Assembly: GCA_041659685.1 (NCBI GenBank)
Contig: JBAZXV010000001.1
Span: 24,226 to 88,225, forward strand
Length of the DNA: 64,000 nucleotides
Direction of reading: 5' to 3'
Source of the DNA: Parcubacteria group bacterium
GTDB taxonomy: Bacteria; Patescibacteriota; Minisyncoccia; Moranbacterales; UBA11712
The translations under genes were made by a program, and so were the position numbers. Positions 10,501 through 20,395 of this stretch are shown piece by piece. Position 1 is the first letter of the stretch. Every line of letters begins with the position of its first letter. The notes beneath the pieces are model-generated. The model worked only from the letters and a program-made list of their open reading frames with translations. It had not been told where the DNA came from and searched no databases.

Positions 10501-10699
10501 AATGATAGCTGACGGATTAAACGGTTTTGTGGCAAAATCAATTTCTGCAAGAGGTATTGATGAGTGTCTGGAATGGGCATGGAAAAAAAGAAGGGAGTGG
10601 AAAAAGTTGGGCGAAAACGCAGGAAAAATAGTGCGTGATAAAGTCCCTGAATTTCCTCATAAGCAGAGCATCGAAGAAATTGAAAAACTATTAAGCTAA
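7562..10699 (+). CDS. Tri-domain glycosyltransferase GT4-GT2-GT4
   Basis: THNLNLEGAP...RKGQ...EAFPLSILEAMA (GT4); VVVPNYNY...DDNSKDGS...AEADD...GDW (GT2); WGGSE...GRL...KGLD...PSRMEGTPISLVD (GT4). Confidence 0.88.
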   Translation: MVYSGSKKTNRKSILLVTHNLNLEGAPLFLFNLAKGLKKMGYYVNLLSPSDGPLKDTFLREGIDVDISDFAAKEFDSSSFKGKYVAIIVNTIVGYKFLSKIDLKKEKTIWCLHESEREIYFRAFPDLEKSIFARVGKVVFSSKATREVYEDLNISGNFTIINTVGDWKEIDNYLKNNSKEKVRERYGFKESDVLISQIGTICPRKGQFELTEAAVSILKKSNNPNIKFLLIGGGRGYELEKTIRKLISANGLRDRIIIVNETEQIFDYYLMSDIFICNSYIEAFPLSILEAMAFSLPIISTDVYGISEQIEDGKDGLLIMAGDKKELEKKILYLLENKKKAKELGKNARKKIDYEFGFDEMINKYSRLISSKASGAHLKVSVVVPNYNYENFLEERLRSIVLQTYKPYEIIFLDDNSKDGSVELAKNFLSKIDIPHKIIKNESNVGCFKQWARGVREAVGDLIWIAEADDSCEPDLLEELATKFEDPEMGLAYTQSRRIDEFGKKEETYLPYLESIPGAGSRWKKDYINSGADEISKYLIIKNTIVNASAVLMRKSLLVDLGENIGEGLSQAGDWITYVRILSKSKIAFVAAPLNYHRHHSKTIVSRSGENTEAKAKQLIDETLYVQKFILSRFKVNRRRLTFALEHLKLVFRNNFRKELDASSEYSDKLKDYYEAAKNSQKRILFFSTNDGWGGSEVACAKMAQSFAAAGWRVALVMRKHDPRPDLLNSIDSGSSIELFEREPGDYCNSDETSEFVNEFDADIVYISQGHAFESAELMRWCKKNEFKYVNFIPLVTEYQLTFVNDKKDIEKNGELLRASKKIFLDNQNAKKVMRKMFNIAFDNFKIIRNGFDVQYHQEFVWNEPKGDEFKLAFIGRLENVHKGLDMLIEVLSMKKWKGRPLKVMTYGHGPSEESIRQTLERNKMSNFVLCGYTNNLKDSIQGVHGVIFPSRMEGTPISLVDSLLCYRMAIVTPVGGMPEMIADGLNGFVAKSISARGIDECLEWAWKKRREWKKLGENAGKIVRDKVPEFPHKQSIEEIEKLLS

Positions 10700-10704
10700 A
10701 TATA

Positions 10705-11646
10705 ATGCAAAAAAAGAAAATATTGATTCTCGGCGCGGACGGTTTTCTTGGCAGCAACCTTGCCAAATCTTTGCTGGCGGACGGAAAATATGAGATCAGA
10801 GCGTTCGATCTTTTTAGGGACGGAATCAGCCGGAATCTGGCAGGGCTTGAGAAAAAACTTGAAATATTCCCGGGTAATTTTCTCAACCGGGAAGACATCA
10901 GGAGGGCTCTCAGGGGAATCGATTTTGTTTTTCACTATATCTCCCTTACAACGCCCGGATCATCAATGAGTGAGCCTCTTATTGACGTTGACACGAATAT
11001 CCGGGGCACAGTTGTTTTGCTTGAAGAGTGCGCCAGGGCGAAAGTGAAAAGGATAATATTTTCTTCCTCCGGAGGCGCGATATACGGAAACCAGGAAAAG
11101 AAAAAATTGAACGAAGACGATCCGCAAAATCCAATTTCCCCCTATGCGATATCAAAACTTACAATCGAAAAATATCTGGAATATTTCAGGCTTAACCATG
11201 GCCTTGATTATTTGATTCTGCGCTACTCCAATCCGTACGGGCCGGGACAGAATATCGTCGGAAGCCAGGGAATCATTCCCATATTCCTAAATTTGGTCAA
11301 GCAAAATAAACCAATTACGGTTTTTGGAGACGGAGAGAACACGAGGGATTATATTTTTATTGATGATGCGATTGAAAACACGAAAAAAATAGCGTTCAAG
11401 CGAGGGGTGGGACATTACATATATAATTTGGGAAAAGGCGAGGGAGAGACAATCAATGATGTGATTGATGTTATAAAAAAAGTGACGGGAGAAAAAATAA
11501 AAATTAAAAAAATGCCCGCAAGGAGCGTTGATGTGAGGAGAATTGTGCTTGGCACAGAGAGAATAAAAAAGGAAATTAATTATTCTCTTAACACTAATTT
11601 AGAAAGGGGAATCAAAAAGACCCTGGACTGGATCAGGAGCAGATAA
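10705..11646 (+). CDS. NAD-dependent epimerase/dehydratase (extended SDR)
   Basis: GADGFLG, SSGGAIYG, YAISK, RYSNPYGP and RDYIFIDD motifs. Confidence 0.88.
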   Translation: MQKKKILILGADGFLGSNLAKSLLADGKYEIRAFDLFRDGISRNLAGLEKKLEIFPGNFLNREDIRRALRGIDFVFHYISLTTPGSSMSEPLIDVDTNIRGTVVLLEECARAKVKRIIFSSSGGAIYGNQEKKKLNEDDPQNPISPYAISKLTIEKYLEYFRLNHGLDYLILRYSNPYGPGQNIVGSQGIIPIFLNLVKQNKPITVFGDGENTRDYIFIDDAIENTKKIAFKRGVGHYIYNLGKGEGETINDVIDVIKKVTGEKIKIKKMPARSVDVRRIVLGTERIKKEINYSLNTNLERGIKKTLDWIRSR

Positions 11647-11703
11647 TTATCAGCTAATTCGCATACTTTAATTAATCTTATAAGAAGGGCGGGAATATAA
11701 GCC

Positions 11704-13404
11704 TCAATTTTCGTGTTTGCGGTTTTTGCTGATAATTTTGTCCTCTATCCAAAGAGTGGTCGGAATAAGACTTAAGGATATAAAGAGAAAAATAAGGGGA
11801 TATATGGGACTCAAATAGAGAATGATGATTGAGTGAAATGCTGATACATTAATAATTGATAACAGGATAATTCTGGCAAATATTGCTCCTAAAAGTGAAA
11901 GGGCAATAATCCAGGGAATGTTTTGTATAATTTTTCCTTTCAGGAAGGTTATAAAAAAAATAATGGCGGATAAAAACAGAATGAAAGGCATAATAATTCG
12001 ATACAACTTTGTAATAAAATTCAATATTTCCAATTTGAAATGGCTGTTTTCCTTTGATGCCACATCAGCATAAGTTATGTGGCCGAACAATTGGAGAGAT
12101 TCGTTGTCGCCCACGCTTTCTGATGGCGTTGCAGTGAATCCTTCTAGCCCGGATATAAATACTACCGATTCGCGGACTGAATCTAGCATGGGCTTATTAT
12201 AATTGCTATTCCAGGGCGATGTCATGGATGCTCTTTTTGGGTAACAATCCAATTTTTTCTGGTCGCAGGCTGAATTTACTTCGTCAGCTAATCTCTGATA
12301 GTATTCAATGGCTTTTTTCCCGTTAGAATAATATCCGGCTTGGGCGACTGCATCCCGAAAGGTCCACATAAACCAACCCCCCTTAATCTCGTTCACTCCG
12401 TCTTTTTCCGAGTTCGTGATTGATGTGGCTGTCCATCCTTTTCCAAGATCACCTTCAAGAAACGGCTTTAATTCAGAAAAAGCCGGACTGAACGGATAAA
12501 TCTCAAGGCGTTTTTGGGTAGAAACCGGAACATCTTTTATCCACTGGCCGTCCTTCACCCTGGTCAGTGATCCGTAGGCGCTCAAAAATTGAGGAGCTTT
12601 GAACTCCACAACATTATAAATTCCATATTCGTAATAATTTATTGCCGAAACAAGATTGATCGAAAATAATAAAATTATAAATGGCAGAAAAATCAGGAAT
12701 ATTTTCGTTTTCAGCTGTTGCATTTTTTCTTTCCAAACCGTGTAAATAGAATAAACTGTCATGATCGCCAAAAGGGGGGACAGCCAGACGCCTTCCTCTC
12801 TTGTGAGCCAAAAGGCGGAAAGCGCGAAGCCAGCGATCAGGGACCATAAAAATATTCTTTGAGGCTTTTCTTTCATGCGCAGAGCCAAGCCGATAAAAAG
12901 AGCAGCCATTAAAAGTGTCAGAGGCTGATATATTCCTTCGCGAATAACTCTGGTGGCGGGATCATTTGCGAAACTTACAGGGTTAAATAAGACAATAATG
13001 TAGATCGCCATAAGAGGCCAGCGGCGTTTCTCGAAGACAGGTTTTAATCCGAGAACTAAAACGACAGAGGCTGCGATATAAAGCAAATGCTCTGAAACTA
13101 ACAAGGGAATATGAAGCGCATGATTAAGCGCAATCCACATCGGGTAAAACGGGCCCTTTGCCAGCGTCATGTTACTATATTCCCCAAGCCAATCCAGATG
13201 CATCAAATTCAAAGCCTGATTGATAAATAACCTGTCATCGTGTACCGCAAATCCTATGGCGTATTCATGCTGGCCGCCAACCAAAAACAGCTTAACGCCG
13301 GCCAGGGTAATGATGATAAGCCAAACCCAAAAAGAAAATCCACTCTTTTGATTCAAGAATTTGTTGACGCGATTCAGCTTGTTGATGATATTATTATTTT
13401 CCAT
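11704..13404 (-). CDS. Multi-pass membrane protein, probable GT-C fold glycosyltransferase
   Basis: Many hydrophobic helices, an acidic HDD pair after TM1 followed by KGPFYP, a TREE motif and a large extracytoplasmic loop. Adjacent to a polyprenol-P GT2. Confidence 0.6.
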   Translation of the reverse strand: MENNNIINKLNRVNKFLNQKSGFSFWVWLIIITLAGVKLFLVGGQHEYAIGFAVHDDRLFINQALNLMHLDWLGEYSNMTLAKGPFYPMWIALNHALHIPLLVSEHLLYIAASVVLVLGLKPVFEKRRWPLMAIYIIVLFNPVSFANDPATRVIREGIYQPLTLLMAALFIGLALRMKEKPQRIFLWSLIAGFALSAFWLTREEGVWLSPLLAIMTVYSIYTVWKEKMQQLKTKIFLIFLPFIILLFSINLVSAINYYEYGIYNVVEFKAPQFLSAYGSLTRVKDGQWIKDVPVSTQKRLEIYPFSPAFSELKPFLEGDLGKGWTATSITNSEKDGVNEIKGGWFMWTFRDAVAQAGYYSNGKKAIEYYQRLADEVNSACDQKKLDCYPKRASMTSPWNSNYNKPMLDSVRESVVFISGLEGFTATPSESVGDNESLQLFGHITYADVASKENSHFKLEILNFITKLYRIIMPFILFLSAIIFFITFLKGKIIQNIPWIIALSLLGAIFARIILLSIINVSAFHSIIILYLSPIYPLIFLFISLSLIPTTLWIEDKIISKNRKHEN

Positions 13405-13405
13405 A

Positions 13406-14533
13406 TTACTCTTTTTCCATTACTGCTCTTAAAAAAGAAAAGGAAATGAAAGAAACTCCCATGAAGATGAAATAAAGGCCGAATATCGCAAGCCGGGAAA
13501 GATTGATGTCATGAAAACCGTTCTTTGCCCAATCCACGAAAATGACGGCGTCGGCCAGAATGCCCAGAAATAGGACAATTCCTCCGGTAACAAGGCTCTT
13601 TTCGAGAGTCACTTTTTTCATCCAGGTGACGATTTTATCCTTTGTATAATAATTATTCAAGTGAGAATAAAGCTTAATAATCATTCCCATTTCAAAAACC
13701 GATATGCCGACAATGCTCAGGGTGAGGCCGATAATCATGGAATGGACATCCATATAAATGTCGCCGAAAACGAAAGGGCCGCGAATTTGAAGAAGGAGTA
13801 AAATTGATCCAATGACAAAAGCAGTCAGAGCCGGCCAGATGAAAACGAAATTCGGGGCATAGAGGAGCATGAATTTCAGATGGCGCCAGCCGTCCCGCCA
13901 GGTGTTGAGATGCGGAGCTTTGTCTCTTTTGTCCCTGTAGAGAGTAATCGGAATTTCTTTGATTCGAAGCTTAAGGATGCCAGTTTTTATGATCATTTCG
14001 GAAGCAAACTCCATTCCGGCGGAAGAAAGGCGAAGTTTTTCAAAAGCCTTTTTTGTGAGGCCGCGCATGCCGCAGTTGCAATCCGATATTTTCGTGCCAA
14101 AAAACAGGTTTAAAACAAAAGTAAGGACAGGCGTTCCCAGATAGCGATGCAGAAAGGGCATAGCTCCGTCTTCGATCTTTCCCTTGAGTCTCGTTCCCAT
14201 CACGATATCATATCCTTCCCGGAGATATTTTACGAATTCATCAATCTCCTCGAAATTATAGGAATCATCGGCATCGCCCATGATTAAGAATTTTCCTCCG
14301 GCGTTTTCAAATCCGCATCGCAGGGCGTTTCCATAGCCCTTTTGGGGGCAATGAACAACTCTGGCACCGAGTGATTCGGCGACAGACACTGAATTATCGG
14401 TGGAGCCATTATCCGAAACAATTACCTCTCCGTCGATATTTAACCTTTTCAAGCTTTCCAACGCCTTTCTGATTACAATGGGAAGGGTTTTCTCCTCATT
14501 GAGACAGGGGATAATTATTGATAATTCAAGCAT
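13406..14533 (-). CDS. Polyprenol-phosphate glycosyltransferase (DPM1/GtrB-like GT2 with C-terminal TM helices)
   Basis: IIPCLNEE, SDNGSTDNS, GYGNAL, MGDADDSY, SDCNCGMR and MEFASEM, followed by four TM segments. Confidence 0.85.
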   Translation of the reverse strand: MLELSIIIPCLNEEKTLPIVIRKALESLKRLNIDGEVIVSDNGSTDNSVSVAESLGARVVHCPQKGYGNALRCGFENAGGKFLIMGDADDSYNFEEIDEFVKYLREGYDIVMGTRLKGKIEDGAMPFLHRYLGTPVLTFVLNLFFGTKISDCNCGMRGLTKKAFEKLRLSSAGMEFASEMIIKTGILKLRIKEIPITLYRDKRDKAPHLNTWRDGWRHLKFMLLYAPNFVFIWPALTAFVIGSILLLLQIRGPFVFGDIYMDVHSMIIGLTLSIVGISVFEMGMIIKLYSHLNNYYTKDKIVTWMKKVTLEKSLVTGGIVLFLGILADAVIFVDWAKNGFHDINLSRLAIFGLYFIFMGVSFISFSFLRAVMEKE

Positions 14534-14647
14534 ATTTATTATTCTTTCTGCTATTATGTGATTATTATTCTAATCCTATTATCACTTATTTACAGTAAAT
14601 TGAAAAGAGAAATATCTTATATGCAACAAAATAAAGCAAATATTTTG

Positions 14648-16483
14648 TTACTTGAACACTTTTATGTTGGTTGAGTCGAATTTTTGGTCTATGTCGGATG
14701 ATTCTATCCGGAGGCTTATTAATCTTCTATGATAAACTTTTTCTAATTGATTAATATTTAAAGAAACAAGATTTGAGTTCGTAGTATCTGAGTTTTCTTC
14801 ACTAAATTCGCTGTCGCCTTCAAACAGATAGTATAACTTATCAGTTTCGCCCTCGTTCGGATTGAATAATATTACCGACAGATTATTCGTATCAATAATA
14901 AATCGATTATTATCAGAAGTGGCCGAGTATTCTGATTCAGATATCTCCTTGAGATCGTTCAATCCAATCATCGCATCAGAAGCATTAGCGGGGGTGGTTT
15001 CGCCTTCAATTTTTGTGTTTATGTATGTGTTGACTGCCTCTTTCTTTTGAAGTAATTTGATAAACTCAGAGTGGCCTTGATTGAGTTGGTATATGTACTC
15101 TAAATTTAAGGTAAGCGGAACCAGCGCCAAGGCTATGCCCAGTATTGAAAAAACAATCCTGGATTTTATTCCGGAAATCAAATAAAAAAGATAGCTAAAA
15201 AATATTGCGATCAAAACAATTATTGGGTGAAGGTGCCTCCCCATCATTGCATGCCAGTTTCCATAAAACGAAGCGGCTATTATTTGAAAAATTCCTCCGA
15301 TTGTACCCGCGCTCAAAATTAAAAAAAACAGAAATAATTTATAGCCTCTTTTTTTTCCAATAAAGTAAAGGCTAACGGCCAGCATCATGATTGCGCCAAT
15401 AATCCAAAGATAATTTAAATATCGCGCCAATTGGAAAAAATTCAGATTCCAATGCGGAAGAAAATTGATATTGGTTTCTTCGGGCACCCAGATTTGTTTC
15501 ATAAAAGTAGGAAATGATGATCGGACATAATTCAAATCAATATCTTTATGTCTCGGATTGTCAAATCCAAATTCTGCTTGCTGTACCGTTGCCTGTTTAT
15601 TGGCGGTAAAAGTTCCGTAGTGATTCTTATTGAAGAGAAGCCACGGAAAAATGATGAGAACTGCAACAAAGGAATAGATTAACGAATTAACTATAAAATT
15701 CTTTCTTTTTATCAGGAAAAATAAAAAAACCAATGGAACCACAAATAATACCGCAAATCTTGATAAAATAGCCAAGGCGGTAAAGATACCCATTATGGCC
15801 GCATCATTCGGGGATGCTTGCCGCTCAGGGCTGGCAATAAACTTGCTCATCCACCAAAAAATTAATGAAACAAAGACAACTGGCAGTATGGAATTACCGA
15901 TAGTGACTGCGCGAACGACGATCGAGGGGGTAAATCCGACTATTATTAAGGCCGCAAGAGCGATTAAAAGCTTTTTCCGGACGAATAAGTGATTAATATT
16001 TTCAAATATCTTATAAGCAACGAAAACCAGTGCAAGCAGCTGTATTACTCCCAGAAATCTTAAGAAAAAAGTTTTATAAACAAAACTTGCTCCCGCTGCC
16101 TTATAGAAAGGCAATGCGAGCAGATAATATAAGGGTGGCTGGAAGGCTTCGTATTGCATGCCGGCTAAGCCGTTAGTTTTTGGATCAACCTTAAAAATAT
16201 TACTATCAACGTGCCACTGAAAATTTATGATTTTACCATCAGTGTAATCTGTGAGCAACGGCAATCGCCCATAATCATCCATGAATGTAATGTAAGCAAA
16301 ATGTGCCGACTCATCTACCGGATTGAAATACGGCATTAAAAACATATACATTATTCCGTTAACCAGAAGGATTGCCAAAATAATCCAAATGAAGTATTTC
16401 TTAAAGGGAACAGGGTCGTAAAAAAGAGCAGCGCAAAAAAGGCCAAAAATTAAAATAGTAGGAATATAGAACAATAAAGGCAT
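14648..16483 (-). CDS. Multi-pass membrane protein, probable GT-C glycosyltransferase (DUF2142/ArnT-like)
   Basis: PYFNPVDESAHFAY and YEAFQPPLYY motifs after the N-terminal TMs, plus many TM helices. Confidence 0.65.
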   Translation of the reverse strand: MPLLFYIPTILIFGLFCAALFYDPVPFKKYFIWIILAILLVNGIMYMFLMPYFNPVDESAHFAYITFMDDYGRLPLLTDYTDGKIINFQWHVDSNIFKVDPKTNGLAGMQYEAFQPPLYYLLALPFYKAAGASFVYKTFFLRFLGVIQLLALVFVAYKIFENINHLFVRKKLLIALAALIIVGFTPSIVVRAVTIGNSILPVVFVSLIFWWMSKFIASPERQASPNDAAIMGIFTALAILSRFAVLFVVPLVFLFFLIKRKNFIVNSLIYSFVAVLIIFPWLLFNKNHYGTFTANKQATVQQAEFGFDNPRHKDIDLNYVRSSFPTFMKQIWVPEETNINFLPHWNLNFFQLARYLNYLWIIGAIMMLAVSLYFIGKKRGYKLFLFFLILSAGTIGGIFQIIAASFYGNWHAMMGRHLHPIIVLIAIFFSYLFYLISGIKSRIVFSILGIALALVPLTLNLEYIYQLNQGHSEFIKLLQKKEAVNTYINTKIEGETTPANASDAMIGLNDLKEISESEYSATSDNNRFIIDTNNLSVILFNPNEGETDKLYYLFEGDSEFSEENSDTTNSNLVSLNINQLEKVYHRRLISLRIESSDIDQKFDSTNIKVFK

Positions 16484-16504
16484 TCCGCTCGAGATTAAGA
16501 TTAA

Positions 16505-17926
16505 TTATTTTTGCTCTTCATGATATTCCTGATCAGCGTTTACTTTCCAGATATCATGTTTCATTCCTAAGATATTTTCAGCGGCGTATACTCCTGTCAG
16601 AATGGAATGATCCATGTTGTTATACTTAAACATTCCATATCTTCCAATCGGCTGGAGATTTTCAAACTGATTCAGGTAATCTTTAATTAATTGGATATTC
16701 TCCGGGTAAGTGGAGTCATAAACCGGATATGCTTTTGGAGTGCGGGCGATGAATCCGTCGACAAAGCTGGATTTTTTGCCCAAACCAATCTTTTCCAGTT
16801 CGTCCAATCCGATTTCATTCAATTTTCCGTCCGGGGTCTGCCAAAAATCATCTCCTTCGGTGCAAAAATATTCAAGGCCTAAAGCGGTCTTGTTTTTATC
16901 CGCCAGCATATAAGGGCTCCAGTTTCCGAAATTCTGGATGCGTCCCATTTTTACTTCCGGAGCGTGGATATAAATCCACGTATCCGGAAAGGGGCTGGGG
17001 GAATCCAGGATCACGTTGATGGTCAGGAGGCTCCGGTATGTCAGTTTATCAGCGGCCTTCGCAACTTCAGACGGGACTGCAGGAGACATCCGCTTTATTA
17101 GTTCCGTGATAGGCATGCTGGAAAGAAAATGATCAGCAGTGTATTCATTCTCGCTTCCGTCATGGTCTTTGACGACAACACTTTCAACCTTGAAATTATT
17201 GTGATTTATCTTAATAATTTCCTTTTCCATAAGGATCTGACTAGCAGTCTTGTTTATATTTTCGGCCATTTTTTCATACATCATTCCCGGACCGTATTTC
17301 GGATATTTAAATTCGTCAATCAGGGTTTTCGGAGTTCCTTTTCTGTTGGGGAAGAGAGCGTTTTTTATGACTGTCCTGAAGGAGAGTCCTTTGATGCGCT
17401 GAGCCACCCATTCGGCCTGCATTTCTGTGCAGGGTATGCCCCATAATTTTTCGTTATAGGTCTTGAAAAAAGTCAGATATAGTTTTTTCCCGAAGCGGTT
17501 GGTGACCCATTGCTCGTAATTATTTTCTTCTTTATAGGGAAATAATTTGGATTGAAAATAACTCGCTAGAATTAAAAACGATTCCAAAATTCCTAGTTTT
17601 GATAGCGCATCAAAAGGTTTGACGGGGTAGGCAAAAAACTTTTTGCGATAATACATCCTGGAAAGCCGGGGGCGGATAAGAAAATCTTCGCCCAAAGTTT
17701 CATTCCAGAGTTCGTTGACTTCTTTGGATTTAGTGAAGAAGCGATGGCCGCCGAGATCAAATCTGTATCCTTTATATTGGAGGGTTTTGCTTATGCCTCC
17801 AACTTGCTTGTCTTTTTCGAATATCAATGCCCTTTTTCCATTTTTTGCCAATTTAATGGCTGCTGCGAGACCTGCAGGGCCTGCCCCGAAAGCGATTACA
17901 TCAGTTGTTTTGTCAATCTCCGTCAT
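16505..17926 (-). CDS. FAD-dependent oxidoreductase, UDP-galactopyranose mutase/HemY-like family
   Basis: GAGPAGLAAA, EKDKQVGGISKT, FDLGGHRFF, KAYPVY and GRYGMFKYNNMDHS motifs. Confidence 0.75.
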   Translation of the reverse strand: MTEIDKTTDVIAFGAGPAGLAAAIKLAKNGKRALIFEKDKQVGGISKTLQYKGYRFDLGGHRFFTKSKEVNELWNETLGEDFLIRPRLSRMYYRKKFFAYPVKPFDALSKLGILESFLILASYFQSKLFPYKEENNYEQWVTNRFGKKLYLTFFKTYNEKLWGIPCTEMQAEWVAQRIKGLSFRTVIKNALFPNRKGTPKTLIDEFKYPKYGPGMMYEKMAENINKTASQILMEKEIIKINHNNFKVESVVVKDHDGSENEYTADHFLSSMPITELIKRMSPAVPSEVAKAADKLTYRSLLTINVILDSPSPFPDTWIYIHAPEVKMGRIQNFGNWSPYMLADKNKTALGLEYFCTEGDDFWQTPDGKLNEIGLDELEKIGLGKKSSFVDGFIARTPKAYPVYDSTYPENIQLIKDYLNQFENLQPIGRYGMFKYNNMDHSILTGVYAAENILGMKHDIWKVNADQEYHEEQK

Positions 17927-17947
17927 TTTATGCTTTTTTATATTAAA

Positions 17948-18991
17948 TTATGATATCCATTTTAGAATTTTTATTATGCCCATTTTGGCAGCCTGTTTAT
18001 GAGCTGAGACATCCTTTCGATTCCTGATCTCATTTAGGTGATCATGGTAGTATTGATAGGATTTCCAGAGCATTTCTTCATTTGTCAGAGTTGGTTTCCA
18101 GCTTAATTCAGTTTTTATTTTATTTGTGTCAAAAACAAAATCTTCGGCTATCATCTTATATTGATATGGTCCAAGGGGAGAGAGTTTCAGCGCGTAAGCC
18201 ATTTTCATAAGCAAGATAGTTAATTTTCTGGGCAGGGCGGCTATTCGCGCTCCAGTTCCGGCCTTATCAATTACATATTGGTAAACTTCTTTGAAACTTT
18301 TGACATTATCTGATCCAATATTAAAAATTTCGGTTTTGTTATAGTTAAGCGACCTGACGCAGGCATCTATCATATCCTGGGCATAAATGAATTGATATTG
18401 ATTATTTCCGCCTCCCACAACCCATACTTTGCGGCCTTCATCTATGAACTCAAAAAGAATAGCCAGCAAGCCGAGTCTGCCGGCATCAATAATAGTCGGG
18501 CTGCGAAAAATAATGCTGTGGAAATATTTTTCATACTCAAGCAGTATTTTTTCTCCTTCCAGTTTTGATTTTCCATATATTTCAACCGGATTGGGTTTAT
18601 CATCCTCTCTTACGGGTCTTTTGAGATTCTCAGCCCAAAGACAATTGGAAGAAATAAAAATGACTCTCGGAACATGATATTTTTTAGCAAATTCGGCGAT
18701 GTTTTTCGTTCCGTTTACGTTGCTTTCCCAAAGAAAATTTTTGTCTTTAACGGCGTGAGCTAAAATTGCCGCACAGTGAAAAACAGCGTCGAACTCATGT
18801 TCGGAAAATATTCTTTCCAGGGTTTCAATTTTTCTTATATCTCCCTGGATTGACACTAAATTTGGATGTGCGCAATTGTCTCTTTCTAAATCAACGTTGA
18901 CGCATAAAAATCCTTTTTTAAGCAGTTCTTCTTTCAGTAATCCTCCAAAAAAACCGGATCCGCCGGTGATCAACAATTTATTCATAGACAT
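17948..18991 (-). CDS. NAD-dependent epimerase/dehydratase
   Basis: TGGSGFFG, FHCAA, NVNGT, ISS and YGKSK motifs. Confidence 0.85.
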   Translation of the reverse strand: MSMNKLLITGGSGFFGGLLKEELLKKGFLCVNVDLERDNCAHPNLVSIQGDIRKIETLERIFSEHEFDAVFHCAAILAHAVKDKNFLWESNVNGTKNIAEFAKKYHVPRVIFISSNCLWAENLKRPVREDDKPNPVEIYGKSKLEGEKILLEYEKYFHSIIFRSPTIIDAGRLGLLAILFEFIDEGRKVWVVGGGNNQYQFIYAQDMIDACVRSLNYNKTEIFNIGSDNVKSFKEVYQYVIDKAGTGARIAALPRKLTILLMKMAYALKLSPLGPYQYKMIAEDFVFDTNKIKTELSWKPTLTNEEMLWKSYQYYHDHLNEIRNRKDVSAHKQAAKMGIIKILKWIS

Positions 18992-19433
18992 TTTGTTTAA
19001 TTATTTTGATATTGCTGTTAAAAGCAAAATATTTTATAAGAGTGAAATTGACTAAGACCGCTGCTCCAGTGGCGATAATTTTTGAAAAAAATAAACTATC
19101 AAATTTTGCTGTTCCGATCAAAAATATCAAAACTGCTTCATTGGTTGCCAGCCCTCCAATACTCGAAGCATAATGCCGAAAAATAGCTGTCCAAAGAGAC
19201 AGTGTTTTGCGATCGAAAATGAATGCATTTGAGAGAATAAAATTAGTTATAGTTCCAAGCGTGAAACTCAGAAATACGGCGATTCTGTAGTCTATTGAAA
19301 ATGATTTTGCGAGAATCATAAAAAATCCGACATCAACAATTGCGGCAAATCCTCCTGCGAAGATATAGCGAAAAAATTGTATATGAACAGAATCGGTCTT
19401 ATTTTTAAAATATTTGTTTATTAGTTTTTGCAT
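18978..19433 (-). CDS. GtrA family flippase
   Basis: About 150 aa with four TMs; QFFRYIFAGG, NFILS...FIF and K.IA...NF...KYFAF pattern. Confidence 0.85.
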   Translation of the reverse strand: MQKLINKYFKNKTDSVHIQFFRYIFAGGFAAIVDVGFFMILAKSFSIDYRIAVFLSFTLGTITNFILSNAFIFDRKTLSLWTAIFRHYASSIGGLATNEAVLIFLIGTAKFDSLFFSKIIATGAAVLVNFTLIKYFAFNSNIKIIKQNVYE

Positions 19434-19637
19434 TAAGCTTGATTATTTCCTTCTGAAGTTATTATTTTTTATATCTCAATAATTCCCTTATATATTAGCA
19501 AATTTATCAAAAAAGCAATAATCGAGAGCCTTATTCCTGTCGATTTTTTCCTCCTGAAATCTTAATGAAATATTTCTACCTATTCGATATTTATTGAGAC
19601 TTTAATTTCTGTTGTTGAATATATCCGGGATATTAGT

Positions 19638-20357
19638 TTACTGGAATAAATTAAATTTCACAATACACCAAATGGCTTCCACGCCGTCTTTCCATCCGAT
19701 TTTTTTCCCTTCGGCGTAGGTTCGCCCGGAATAGGAAATTCCCACTTCATAGATCCGGCAGGCGTTAATCTTGCTGAGTTTTGCGACTTTCGCCACGAGC
19801 TCCGGCTCTATTCCGAATCTTTTTGATTTCAGTCCCGGGGCGATTTTTTCGAGAACCTCTTTCGTGAAGGCTTTATAACAGGATTCCATATCGGTGAGAT
19901 TGAGGTTCGTCAGCATATTCGAGAGTCCGGTCAGGAATTTGTTTCCGAGAAAATGCCAGTAATAAAGCACGCGGTGCGGCCGGTGGCTGAGAAACCGGGA
20001 ACTAAAAACCGCGTCCGCTTTTCCTTCCAGTATGGGCCCGATAATGTCGGCGTATTCGTCCGGATTATATTCGAGATCGGCGTCCTGAACGATAATAATA
20101 TCGCCGGTGGCGTTTTTGAAGCCGGTTCTGAGCGCGGCGCCCTTGCCCTGGTTTTTTTCGTGGTGAGAAACTTTGTGCTTTTCTTCGTATTTTTCAAGGA
20201 TTTCTTTTGATTTGTCGCGGCTATGGTCGTTGACCAATATGATTTCCTTTTGCAGACCCAAAACATTTGCGTTTTCAACCGCCGAAATTATTTTCTCGAG
20301 GGTCCTTTCCTCGTTATAGACCGGTATGACAACTGATATTTTTTCGTATCTTTTCAT
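19638..20357 (-). CDS. Polyprenol-phosphate glycosyltransferase (DPM1-like GT2)
   Basis: VIPVYNEE, NQGKGAALRTG, QDADLEYNP, TDMESCYK and GRTYAEGKKIGWKDG. Start placed at ATG 20357 (MKRYEK) because the longer ORF overlaps the upstream gene. Confidence 0.88.
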   Translation of the reverse strand: MKRYEKISVVIPVYNEERTLEKIISAVENANVLGLQKEIILVNDHSRDKSKEILEKYEEKHKVSHHEKNQGKGAALRTGFKNATGDIIIVQDADLEYNPDEYADIIGPILEGKADAVFSSRFLSHRPHRVLYYWHFLGNKFLTGLSNMLTNLNLTDMESCYKAFTKEVLEKIAPGLKSKRFGIEPELVAKVAKLSKINACRIYEVGISYSGRTYAEGKKIGWKDGVEAIWCIVKFNLFQ

Positions 20358-20395
20358 AATCCCTTGGGCGTCCCTTGTGAAATATAAAACTCCTA

